64,000 nucleotides of DNA, from the NCBI GenBank assembly GCA_965204865.1, contig OZ242027.1, forward strand, positions 1,731,353-1,795,352, read 5' to 3'. The translations under genes were made by a program, and so were the position numbers. Positions within the stretch are counted from its first letter, which is position 1. Every line of letters starts with the position of its first letter. The stretch comes from Dehalococcoidia bacterium (GTDB lineage: Bacteria; Chloroflexota; Dehalococcoidia; Lucifugimonadales; UBA3495). Of this stretch, positions 1 through 11,122 are shown piece after piece. The notes under the pieces are model-generated. The model made no database searches. It was not told the origin of the DNA and worked only from the letters and a program-made list of their open reading frames with translations.

Positions 1-150
1 CCCATTTACAATATGGCGAAGCCCCTATGTTAGCCGCCGTCAGGCAAGTGCGGCATCCGGCAGCGCCGAATCCGGACCCGCGGCCTGCCTGTCGAAAGGA
101 GGCAGTTCAGCGGAGGGTATCAATCAGTCCTGATGTTCAGGTTTCTCTTG

Positions 151-193
151 TGTCACCGCCCATGCAAAAATGAGCGAAATCGCCCATTGAGGA

Positions 194-203
<10 letters not shown>
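151..203 (+). repeat. IS21 left-end terminal repeats (two transposase-binding-type motifs)
   Basis: TGTCACCGCCCATG (151-164) and CGCCCATTGAGGATTGACCCACC (181-203) are inverse copies of the motifs reiterated at the right end. Confidence 0.7.
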
Positions 204-2292
<2,089 letters not shown>

Positions 2293-2314
2293 CAGAATCT
2301 CTGCTGAATAGCAG

Positions 2315-2450
2315 GGTGGGTCAATTCCAAGTGGGCGGTACTGAAACAGCAGGAGGTGGGTCAATTCCAAGTGGGCGGCAAGGGCTGCCAAGAATCAGGT
2401 GGGTCAGATCAAGATGGGCGTTAGTGGGTTATTTTCAGTGGGCGTTGACA
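2315..2450 (+). repeat. IS21 right-end multiple terminal repeats
   Basis: GGTGGGTCAATTCCAAGTGGGCGG occurs twice (2315-2338 and 2355-2378). A variant GGTGGGTCAGATCAAGATGGGCG lies at 2398-2420 and the terminal copy at 2421-2450. This is typical IS21 multi-repeat end architecture. Confidence 0.75.
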
Positions 2451-2924
2451 CTTGATGCCCCGGCCTGGCGTGGGATTTGTCTGCGGTCGAGGTATGCGCG
2501 GCTCCGGGCAAACTAGCAAAGTGCGGCGTCTGACTGTGTCCGGCCAGGAAATAGCCGGACAAACAACCGGTTGACAGTCTCGAGGACGGCTCCTTTCTTT
2601 GTCGGCGGGGCGCTCACCCTTCTTCCGCACCTCAAACCACCTGAACCGGTTATCCTGTGCTGGGCCGGCTGTCGGCTTGTTCCGGGTTGCGCTACCGGGG
2701 CCTCAACCTCCAGATAGTCCATGCCCGCTCCGGTGTGTGGGAGAAGCTGAACGGACCTGGGTTCAGAGCAAATAAGAGACTGAAAGGTATACCGACAGGA
2801 ATAGAGCATTCCCCCAGACAGGAAAAGCTACCGTCTGTATCATTGAGGGAATCCACCGCTGATGATGAGCCTGCGGAGCTTGATATGATATCAACCCCGG
2901 AGAGCAGCGGGGGTGTTACGGCGA

Positions 2925-3340
2925 CATCAAGCGCATCGCCGTGTTGACACCCTACTGCCAGTCGCCGATGAAATCGCGCCCCGTTTCCCGGAAGACTGCG
3001 GGTTCGAGATCGTGGCTATCAAGGGACTTTGCTGCCACAGTTCCACCGCCATGCCCACAGTCACGGAAAAGCAATTGATGGATGCACTCCTCTAGCTGAA
3101 CGACACGACGTCGAGGCGCTCGTACAGTGCGGCACCAACCTGCCGATGGCGGGAGAGGCGGAAAAGTGGCTGAAGAGGCCAGTCATCGCCATAAACAACG
3201 CAACCTACTGGTACGGCATACAGGCCAATGGAAGGGACGGCGTCATCGAGGTGTTCGGTTCACTGATGACCGGTTTCAGGGAGCTTCCCGTCAGCTGCCT
3301 GAGGGTTGCTGCTGGGCAGGGCGCCGCCGCGGGCATCTAG
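2925..3340 (+). pseudogene. Remnant of an Asp/Glu-racemase superfamily gene (maleate isomerase / arylmalonate decarboxylase-like), N-terminally truncated and frameshifted
   Basis: Three frames carry consecutive family-like segments: IKRIAVLTPY (from 2925), then VADEIAPRFPEDCGFEIVAIKGL, then EALVQCGTNLPMAGEAEKWLKRPVIAINNATYWYGIQANG. No N-terminal half lies upstream. Confidence 0.45.
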
Positions 3341-3519
3341 AGAAACGAACTTTTCGGCTGGTAGCCGAGACCCTGGAGTGGGAGGAGTTGGGCTCCTCCT
3401 TCCTAGGGTGCGCCTCCCATGGTCTCCTCAGGCCACATTGCATGATTTGGAAAAGGTGGCCGGAGTGTAGTCAAAGTCCGGTAAATGCCTCTTACCCGCA
3501 TTGAATATGCACAGGCCGA

Positions 3520-4848
3520 CTACTTGACTCCTGCCCTGTGCTGTTCCAGGCAATCCAGGACGATTTTGTTGATATCGGGAAACTGCCCCCGGGCGAAGTC
3601 ATCCAGCCGTTGCGCGATTTTCTCGCGAGTGCCATCCTCGTTCCACCAGGCATCGTAGTCAGACTCTTCCAAAACGTTGCCAATCCTGAGATCGATCGAA
3701 TCGTTCGCGTCCTCGGGAATCTCGTTGTCGAACAATTCAGGGTGGACGCTCAGCCGGTCCAGGATGCTACTCTTGAGCTTGCCGTCCCCGCGCCAAGTAA
3801 TAAAGAGCGACAGCTCCGCATGACGGTTGGCGCAACGCACCTGAAACTGCAACAGGATATTGGGCCAACCGTCCACCTTGAGTTCTTCCCTGTCCGCCCA
3901 TTCTGCCGCCACGAAGCGGGCATAGTTGCGGTTGCATGTGCTTTCCCTCCATTCGGGCCGGTTACGGACCGCATCCCGCACCATCCCGTACGCTTCACCG
4001 GGGTAGTCGGGCTCGTACCGCTCCCGATACTCGATGATGAGATCAATCGCCTGCTTGTGTTTTCGATAGATCTGGCGGGCCAGCCGGTGCACGTCGTCGC
4101 TGACTTCTGGCACGATGTTCCTCCGTATCGTGGTGGCGTACTGGCGCAAGGGCGCCCTTATATCCTCATGGACGCCGTTGCCTCTATTTTCGAGAGTGAG
4201 TTCGACCAGTCCCAGGATGTCCTTGTAGGTCATGGTTATCCAGTGCCTTTCTTCCTCCGGATTCTCGGGGACCGCGCCCGCAGGAGTCAGGAATATCCGC
4301 TCTACGCGGTGCTCCGGGTAATGCGAGTCAAGGGCCTCTCGATAGAATTCGAGCTGCGACCCGCTCTCCGGCGACCACACCTTGTTCTCAATTGCGCAAA
4401 TGAACCTCCAATCATCGTTCAGGATGCGGATGTCAAGCCTGCCGCTACCGTCCCGGAACGTGATGCCCTGCTCTCGGACCACTGTAGTCCTGTCGATGAG
4501 GGAGGCAGGAATGGCGCCACGCCACCCGCGGAAATTCAGGAACTCTCTCAGAAAATATGAGCCAAGCCCGTGGCTGGCTGCCGGACTCAATAACCAGGCT
4601 AGGAAATTAGAGTGAAATTCCTCTTTATCGTCCAACCCCAGAGAATGAAAGACGTCAACTGTGGTCAGCCAATCCTTGACTAGATCTCCGAGAGAATTCA
4701 GATCGCCTTCGTCGTCGCGCAGTCGCTCCAGAGCCATGCGGGATTCCCGGTCAACCCGGGAGAACAGGCCCTGAAGTTCTCCCAACGCCTCGTCCAACTC
4801 TCTCAGGGAAGTGATCGTCTCCGGTTTGTTCATGGCGCATTGTTTCAT
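3520..4848 (-). CDS. PD-(D/E)XK nuclease superfamily protein (PDDEXK_4-like N-terminal region, extended C-terminal domain)
   Basis: 442 aa. EFHSNFLAWLLSPAASHGLGSYFLREFL block followed by GRLDIRIL...ICAIENKV (D..ExK-type core). Family assignment is from memory of the Pfam pattern and was not searched. Confidence 0.65.
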   Translation of the reverse strand: MKQCAMNKPETITSLRELDEALGELQGLFSRVDRESRMALERLRDDEGDLNSLGDLVKDWLTTVDVFHSLGLDDKEEFHSNFLAWLLSPAASHGLGSYFLREFLNFRGWRGAIPASLIDRTTVVREQGITFRDGSGRLDIRILNDDWRFICAIENKVWSPESGSQLEFYREALDSHYPEHRVERIFLTPAGAVPENPEEERHWITMTYKDILGLVELTLENRGNGVHEDIRAPLRQYATTIRRNIVPEVSDDVHRLARQIYRKHKQAIDLIIEYRERYEPDYPGEAYGMVRDAVRNRPEWRESTCNRNYARFVAAEWADREELKVDGWPNILLQFQVRCANRHAELSLFITWRGDGKLKSSILDRLSVHPELFDNEIPEDANDSIDLRIGNVLEESDYDAWWNEDGTREKIAQRLDDFARGQFPDINKIVLDCLEQHRAGVK

Positions 4849-5110
4849 TCGGACCCGGACCCCAACCTGAATTCGGACTCATGGATTCACCTGGCTCCCT
4901 ATTGCCTTAAGCGGCGCATTGAGCCGCAAGCTGGTGCCGAACCATGGTCTCATTCGCAATCGTACTTGCGATACATTTTGCGGGCGCCCCAAGAGATGGG
5001 TCAACTCCTCAACGGAGAATCACGTCAAGAGACGACCCAGGAAGACGAATGTCAGATGGACAACCTGGGATTCCCTACCCCTTTGAGACCAAGGCAGTCA
5101 GGAAACCTCT

Positions 5111-5488
5111 TTAACATCGCCGTGTTGGCGATGCCGGGTAGTCCTCCGCCATTCCAGAATCACCGGGCTGGACCACGAAGTCGCGGCGGTCCCGGCATAA
5201 AGGGGCACGGTTCAGCACGTAGTCTCCTTCGTCGTTGTAGGGATCGATTTCGTTGTAGCCGGTCATCAGCCGGTACTTGTAATTCCCTATGAACAGGTGC
5301 TCGTTCTCCAAGCGGAAGAACCGGCATGGGACTCCCTCGCGCGCGCGAAACCTTTCGCATACGGCGGCCAACAGGTCCCGCTGATTGTCCCTATCCGTCA
5401 GGACGTACTCGTGGGGCCAAGTTTCCCGATAGGTTGCTGCCTCTCGCCAAGGGGCGCTAGCGATGATCTCCGTCAACGCTTGAGCCAT
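5111..5488 (-). CDS. Hypothetical protein (125 aa), upstream of and same strand as the PD-(D/E)XK gene
   Basis: Non-repetitive protein-like composition (WPHEYVLTDRDNQRDLL...FIGNYKYRLMTGYNEIDPY). No family recognised. Confidence 0.45.
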   Translation of the reverse strand: MAQALTEIIASAPWREAATYRETWPHEYVLTDRDNQRDLLAAVCERFRAREGVPCRFFRLENEHLFIGNYKYRLMTGYNEIDPYNDEGDYVLNRAPLCRDRRDFVVQPGDSGMAEDYPASPTRRC

Positions 5489-5902
5489 TATCTGCCCTCT
5501 CTTTCCTCCGGGCCTGGGTGATCATGAAGGCAGGTATCCCCTACACCCTTCCCCCAAATGCCTAGCCCCAAGATAATCGGGATAACCGGCACTGTGTTGC
5601 CCTGTTTCACTGAGTCTTGCAAAGACCTGCTGGCAAGTGAGCGCCCTGAACCGAACTTCGGCACCCGCCTACTCATCAAATGGTCTGATTTCCCTCCGGT
5701 GCACTGTGGGCCTCTGACAGTCCCAGACGTAGTACAGGTAACAGAGGCTGAAATGGGTGCCCAACTGCCTCGCCAGCAATTGCTCTGAGACCGCGCCACA
5801 AGACGCATTTCGGGACCGTGAATCACGTTGTCTTGTCCGAAGATTGAGTAACTCTGCTCTATATTAAAGGTTAAGTGCTATCATAGAATATGGAGAGCGC
5901 TT

Positions 5903-7171
5903 ATGGCCAGATTAGAGTCGAGACTGTGGGACGCCGGTCCTCGCGGACTTACCAGACGCGACAGGCGTCCCTGCCAGTATTCAGTATACATCCCGGATCC
6001 TTTGGCCGGGCGCCGTTTTGTCCTCGACGGCGACGTGGCGGCAGACGTCGCTGACGCCGAGGCCGACCTGGTGCGCCTCAACGCCACTGCGGCAGCTCTC
6101 GCCGATACCGAGGCGCTGGCCAGGCTGCTTCTGCGCGCCGAATCCGTCGCCTCTTCAAAGATTGAAGGCCTGGTGGTGGGAGGTGGACGGTTGCTCCGCG
6201 CCGATGCCGCGCGACGAATGGGCGAGGAACCACGGGAAGTGACTGCAAGGGAGGTACTGGCCAACATCGATGCCATGACGGCTGGAATAGAGGCGGTCGG
6301 GGACGGCGGCCTCATCTCCATGGATACTGTCCTGGAGATGCACCGCCGCCTGCTGGCTGGTTCCCCCATGGAGGACCACGGCGGCCGCATCCGCACCGGG
6401 CAGAACTGGATCGGAGGCAGCGATTACAATCCCTGCTCAGCGGCTTTTGTGCCTCCCCCGCCGGAAGAAGTGCCCGGCTTGCTGGAAGACCTGTTGGCTT
6501 TCTGCAATGATGATCCCCTTCCCGCTTTGGCGCAGGCTGCAATTGCCCATGCTCAGTTCGAAACGATACATCCGTTTGCCGACGGCAATGGCAGGGCCGG
6601 GCGGTCGCTGATCCATCTCATACTGCGCCGGCGGGGTATGACGCCGCATTTCCTGCCTCCGGTCTCGCTCGTCCTGGCAACCTGGGTAAATGACTATGTG
6701 GACGGCCTTGCCGCGACCCGCTACATAGGACCGCCGGACGCGGAGGCTGCCCGTGAAGGGATCAACCGGTGGGTAGTGCTGTTTTCCGGCGCCGCCCGCA
6801 GGGCGGTTCAGGACGCCAGCCAATTCGAGCAGGAGGTGCGGCAACTTCAAGCCTCCTGGACGGAACTGGTCGGCAATCCCAGGCGTGACTCCACGGTCCG
6901 CCTGCTCATAGGAGGGCTTCCCGCAGCCCCGGTACTGACCACGGGTACTGCGTCCGAGTTGACCGGCCGGACGTTTCAGGCGGCGAATCTGGCGATTTCC
7001 CGTCTTGTGAGAGCTGGAGTCCTGGTGCAGGTCAATGTCGGCAGGCGCAACCGGGCTTTCGAAGCTCCCGAACTCATTGAAGCATTCACGTCGCTGGAGA
7101 GACAACTGGCCAGCCCAGGGGGAGACACTCGCATTTCCCCGCCTGCCCGCCAGGTGCCCGAGCGCCGGTGA
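5903..7171 (+). CDS. Fic/DOC family protein (AMPylase-type) with Fic_N-like N-terminus and C-terminal wHTH-like tail
   Basis: HPFADGNGRAGRSLIHL matches the Fic motif HxFx(D/E)GNGRxxR. N-terminal LLRAESVASSKIEGL contains an (S/T)xxxE(G/N) inhibitory-helix-like motif. Confidence 0.9.
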   Translation: MARLESRLWDAGPRGLTRRDRRPCQYSVYIPDPLAGRRFVLDGDVAADVADAEADLVRLNATAAALADTEALARLLLRAESVASSKIEGLVVGGGRLLRADAARRMGEEPREVTAREVLANIDAMTAGIEAVGDGGLISMDTVLEMHRRLLAGSPMEDHGGRIRTGQNWIGGSDYNPCSAAFVPPPPEEVPGLLEDLLAFCNDDPLPALAQAAIAHAQFETIHPFADGNGRAGRSLIHLILRRRGMTPHFLPPVSLVLATWVNDYVDGLAATRYIGPPDAEAAREGINRWVVLFSGAARRAVQDASQFEQEVRQLQASWTELVGNPRRDSTVRLLIGGLPAAPVLTTGTASELTGRTFQAANLAISRLVRAGVLVQVNVGRRNRAFEAPELIEAFTSLERQLASPGGDTRISPPARQVPERR

Positions 7172-7741
7172 TCCTCACTTTACCCACGCGGGCTCCCGCA
7201 AGAACCGAAAGACTCGCCCTTGGGCTGGCACGTCGGCGGGACACGCGCCTGTCATACAGTTCGTCTCGGTTCAGCCTATCTCTGGCATAAAGGACGACAC
7301 CTTCCGCCTCGAACTTGGCCGCGACATCGTCCAGCATTCTCACCCGGCGCTGTGGCTCGGTTGCCTTGCGGACCCTGTCGCCGTCCTCCAGGAGAATCTG
7401 CGTCAGGTAACCCCTGAGCATATAAGACATAGAGATACCTTTCTAAGCAGGCCCGATCTTCGCCGGGCGAAGGGTTCCATCGTCCACTGCCACCCTGATC
7501 ACTTTCAGGGTCTGCATTTCCCATGGTTCTATGTGTTGATGCCCCTATGGTAGCATTGTGCGGATTCTCGCCATTTGGGCCATTGCCGGAAGCGCCTGGG
7601 CAATGGCTGCCTTGCTGTCCAGGACAAGGCTGATCCTCAGGTGTCCGCATTGCGGTGAGCCGACCCATCCTGAGAACGGTTTTTTACCAGTGAAACTCCG
7701 GTTTGCCAGCCCGGCCATCCAATTCGGAAAGGGAAGCCTGA

Positions 7742-9061
7742 TTGAAAGTAACCGTAATCGGTTTGGGGAACGTGGGGACCGTCGCCGCAGCAGGCTTCGC
7801 CCTCTCCGGCCACCAGGTCCTGGCGACTGATGTCGACCTGCATAAGATCCAGGCTCTCCGTGACAGGGGGTACTGCGGACCGGAGCCGGAACTGCGCGAG
7901 CGAATAGCGGCCGCTATGGAAGGCGGCAATATCCGCTTCCGGCACAGCGATGAGGTGGCGGAGGAACTGGGGGATGTAGCGCTGGTTGCGGTCGGCACGC
8001 CTCCGGGCGAAGGGTATTCCGTGGAACTTGGGCAGGTGGAAGGGGCCGTAAGCTGGGTGAGGGAGAGGGCGTCCAGCGGTCTGGTGCTGGCCATGAAGAG
8101 CACTGTGCCGCCCGGCGCCGGGGCGCGCATTCTTGAGAGGGAGCTTCGTGGAACCGGCATCGGCTACGCCGCCAATCCGGAGTTCCTCCGGTTGGGACAG
8201 GCGGTCCGGGACTGGGACTCTCCCGACCGGATTGTCATCGGCGCCGCCCCCGGAGACAGCCGTTCCCTCGAGATAATGCGCAGCCTGTACGAAGGCATCG
8301 ACTCCCCCGTGCTGACTACCAACATCACCACCGCCGAAATGATCAAATACGCCAGCAACGCTTTCCTTGCTACGCGCATCTCCTTCATCAACGAGATGGC
8401 CTCCATCTGCGACCGGGTGGGGGCATCCATTGACGACGTGAGCGAAGGTCTGGCCATGGATTCCAGAACAGGAGCCAGGATATTGGCCGGCGCCGGTTAC
8501 GGAGGGCCATGCCTGCCGAAGGATGCCGGCGCTCTCTTGAGCTTGGCCCGGCAGACCGGGGCCAGCGCTGATTTGCTACAAGCCGTTGTTGGCGTCAACC
8601 GGCGCCAGTGGCAACTCCCCCTCCGTGCCCTCAGGGACAGGTTCGGCGACAGGCTGAACGGATTGAAGGTCGCGGTGCTCGGGCTGGCCTTCAAGCCAAG
8701 AACCGGAGATCTGACCGAAGCTCCGGCGGTTAAGCTGGCCCTTGCGCTTGCGGAGGAGGGGGCGGAACTGACGGCCTATGATCCCAGTTTTACGAACGGC
8801 GGGAATGTGGCCCTTCCTGTCGCCATGCGGGTCGCCCCTGATGCCTTAACCGCCACTGCCGGTACGCAGGCCGCCGTGGTGATGACCGAATGGGGTGAGA
8901 TAGTCGAGGCTGACTGGGCCGCAGCAAAGCGGCTCATGGCTCCGCCGTGGTTCATTTTCGACGGAAGGAACGCGCTGGACCATAGAACGATGAAGTCGAT
9001 GGGCTTCGAATACGTTGGCGTTGGGCGCGGCTCCATGCCGCATGGCTCGTCCGGCCGATGA
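7742..9061 (+). CDS. Nucleotide-sugar 6-dehydrogenase (UDP-glucose/GDP-mannose dehydrogenase family)
   Basis: TTG start. Rossmann VTVIGLGNVGTVAAAGF, catalytic-Cys motif GYGGPCLPKD, C-terminal UDP-binding-type domain (GLAFKPRTGDLTEAP). Confidence 0.88.
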   Translation: MKVTVIGLGNVGTVAAAGFALSGHQVLATDVDLHKIQALRDRGYCGPEPELRERIAAAMEGGNIRFRHSDEVAEELGDVALVAVGTPPGEGYSVELGQVEGAVSWVRERASSGLVLAMKSTVPPGAGARILERELRGTGIGYAANPEFLRLGQAVRDWDSPDRIVIGAAPGDSRSLEIMRSLYEGIDSPVLTTNITTAEMIKYASNAFLATRISFINEMASICDRVGASIDDVSEGLAMDSRTGARILAGAGYGGPCLPKDAGALLSLARQTGASADLLQAVVGVNRRQWQLPLRALRDRFGDRLNGLKVAVLGLAFKPRTGDLTEAPAVKLALALAEEGAELTAYDPSFTNGGNVALPVAMRVAPDALTATAGTQAAVVMTEWGEIVEADWAAAKRLMAPPWFIFDGRNALDHRTMKSMGFEYVGVGRGSMPHGSSGR

Positions 9062-9073
9062 GAGGGGATCGGG

Positions 9074-10030
9074 ATGCCAGTTGAACAACGGGTCCTCATC
9101 ACAGGCGCGGCGGGTTTCGCCGGTTCCAGCTTTGTGAAGGCCCTGCTTGCCAGAGGATATGAAGTCAGTGGCCTGGACGTGGTGGCTCCAGCCCATGCCA
9201 GTTTGTTGCGGGAAGAGCTTTCCCAACCCGGATTCCAATATATCTGGAAGAGCGTCCAGGACGTCCAACCATCGGACATTGCCGGACATTCCGTTGTGGC
9301 GCACCTGGCGGCGCAGCCCGACACCCCCATGGCCTTCGAGTCGCCCCGCTATACCGCGATGCAGAACGTGGGCGGAACGGTGGACCTGCTGGAAGCGGTA
9401 CGCCACGCGGGCTGCGTATCCAAGGTGCTCTTCGCGGCCTCCGGCAACGAGTTGGGCCGGCCGCTGTACCTGCCGATGGACGAGGACCACCCTCTCACGC
9501 CTCACAATCCCTACGGGTTCTCCAAGGCTGCCGCCGAATTGGCGATGTGGGCCTGGCACCGGGCATACGGCATACCGGCGGTCGTGCTGTCCACGGGGGT
9601 GGTGGTGGGCCCCAACATGCGGCGCGAGATCTTCGTATTCAAGTGGCTGTGGAACGCCCTGCACGGCAGGCCCATCATCGTCGAGGGAGGGCAGCAGACC
9701 CGCGACCTGACCTACATCGACGATGTGATTCAGGCATGGGTGCTGGCCATAGAGGCTCCCGCTGAACAGGTGGTGGGACAGAAATTCTACGTTGGCTATG
9801 GCGAAGAGCACACCATCGAGGAACTGGCCTTGATGTGCCGGGCCATCACCGGGTCGGACGTATCCGTCGAATACGTCGACTACCGCCCTGGAGAGGAGGG
9901 GCAGCGTGAGGCGTTCAGCGCCGAGAAGGCCCGGCGGGTGCTAGGCTACAGCCCTCAGTTTCCTCCTGGGCAGGCCATTTCACTGACAGCGGGATGGATG
10001 TCCAGAATGCTCATTGATTCCGGGAAGTGA
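9074..10030 (+). CDS. NAD-dependent nucleotide-sugar epimerase/dehydratase (extended SDR)
   Basis: VLITGAAGFAGSS Rossmann motif, catalytic YGFSKAAAE (YxxxK). Starts 13 bp after the dehydrogenase stop. Confidence 0.85.
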   Translation: MPVEQRVLITGAAGFAGSSFVKALLARGYEVSGLDVVAPAHASLLREELSQPGFQYIWKSVQDVQPSDIAGHSVVAHLAAQPDTPMAFESPRYTAMQNVGGTVDLLEAVRHAGCVSKVLFAASGNELGRPLYLPMDEDHPLTPHNPYGFSKAAAELAMWAWHRAYGIPAVVLSTGVVVGPNMRREIFVFKWLWNALHGRPIIVEGGQQTRDLTYIDDVIQAWVLAIEAPAEQVVGQKFYVGYGEEHTIEELALMCRAITGSDVSVEYVDYRPGEEGQREAFSAEKARRVLGYSPQFPPGQAISLTAGWMSRMLIDSGK

Positions 10031-10110
10031 ACCACGAAAACAGCCGATTCCGCACACGGCACCGGCTGCCTAATCCCATGGTTATCTGGACTGTCCCGGG
10101 ACCGGATGGT

Positions 10111-10202
10111 TTAGTCGTAGAGTCCACCTCTTTCGGCGAAGCGATCCGGAAAGACTTCGATTTCCGTCAAAGCCTGCTCCACCCCTATGTCCAGATTGGA
10201 CT
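10111..10202 (-). other. Out-of-frame continuation encoding the viperin C-terminal extension (SNLDIGVEQALTEIEVFPDRFAERGGLYD*)
   Basis: Reverse complement of 10111-10202 in the alternative frame reads ...Q S N L D I G V E Q A L T E I E V F P D R F A E R G G L Y D stop (TAA at 10113-10111). It is residue-for-residue colinear with vertebrate viperin [28 protein letters not shown]. One missing nucleotide near 10200-10203 (AGCAG|TCC) would join the frames. Confidence 0.75.
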
Positions 10203-11018
10203 GCTGTAGGTGTGCTCGCCTTTCGTGTTATCAAAGAACCGGCCCAGCGGATCGATCATCAGGTAGCTGCCGGTCATCTGCTCGTTGTTTTCGGGGACCA
10301 CCCTGATGCCCCTCCTCTCGACCGAACGGTTCCGCTGGACATATAGGTCGAATTCTTCCCGGTTGACGGCGAACTCATGAAACCGTTTGTCGTTTTGGCC
10401 CGCCACTGGCAGCGCCTGGAAAATCTTCCATCTCTCCGGCCCCATGGCCCTGATGAAAGATCGGAAGTCCTCGTCGACGTTTAGGCGGTTGACTACTGTG
10501 TTGACCTTCAGGCGGATGCCGCGGGCCTTGGCGCTTTCTCCGATGCGCAAGTAATCCGCCTCGGTCATCGGTTGTTTGCCGTTGACCACGCGTCCAATCT
10601 TGCGTTGCTTTTCGGGACTCGCGCTGTCGATACTGATGGCCAGGATGTCCAGGCAACCAGCGAGGCTTTCAAGCCAAGCTTCTGTGAAATTGGAACCGTT
10701 GGAAACCACAGAGGTAGTCAGGTCCAGTGACTTGGCGTGACGAGTCAGCTCGGGAAGCCAGGGGCAGAGGGTGGGTTCGCCGCCGGCGAAGTTGATCTTG
10801 AGGAATCCTGCCTTGGCGATAAGTGTGATAAGGCGGATGGAGTCGTCTTGAGGGAGGCAGTTGACGCCCTGGGAAGGACGCTCGGGGAAGGCCGCGAAGC
10901 AGAAGCCGCAACTCATATTGCACGACTTCCAGAGATGGTAGTTGACCGTGGTGACCTCAGCGGAAATAGAGCATGATTGGACCCTCACTTTTCGTATCCC
11001 AACCCCGTGAATTAACAC
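10185..11018 (-). CDS. Prokaryotic viperin (pVip, radical-SAM NTP 3'-deoxy-3',4'-didehydro synthase family); reading frame ends prematurely before the conserved C-terminal extension
   Basis: TVNYHLWKSCNMSCGFCFA parallels vertebrate viperin VNYHFTRQCNYKCGFCFH. Further colinear blocks: KINFAGGEP, SVVSNGS, LDILAISIDS, LKVNTVVNRLNVDED, RWKIFQALPVAGQN, VPENNEQMTGSYLMIDPLGRF. GTG start at 11018 (alternative GTG at 10988). Confidence 0.88.
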   Translation of the reverse strand: MLIHGVGIRKVRVQSCSISAEVTTVNYHLWKSCNMSCGFCFAAFPERPSQGVNCLPQDDSIRLITLIAKAGFLKINFAGGEPTLCPWLPELTRHAKSLDLTTSVVSNGSNFTEAWLESLAGCLDILAISIDSASPEKQRKIGRVVNGKQPMTEADYLRIGESAKARGIRLKVNTVVNRLNVDEDFRSFIRAMGPERWKIFQALPVAGQNDKRFHEFAVNREEFDLYVQRNRSVERRGIRVVPENNEQMTGSYLMIDPLGRFFDNTKGEHTYSSPIWT

Positions 11019-11122
11019 TACAGTCTATTGGGACGACCTTGCGACAGTCGTGCGAACTGACGCGGCAGTGTTGGGGTCTTAAAATAGGATAATGAATTAG
11101 TCGGTATTTGTACAGGGTGTGG

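Noticed and set aside
5488-5826. ORFs 5488-5826 (-) and 5558-5788 (+) between the 125-aa gene and Fic
   Set aside because: They overlap each other, have unconvincing composition and no motifs or ribosome-binding context. The region is more likely the divergent promoter spacer.
7086-7430. The 114-aa minus-strand ORF as an intact gene
   Set aside because: Only the first about 65 residues look protein-like. The remainder is low-complexity and overlaps the Fic 3' end by 86 nt. It is kept only as a possible degenerate antitoxin remnant (see findings).
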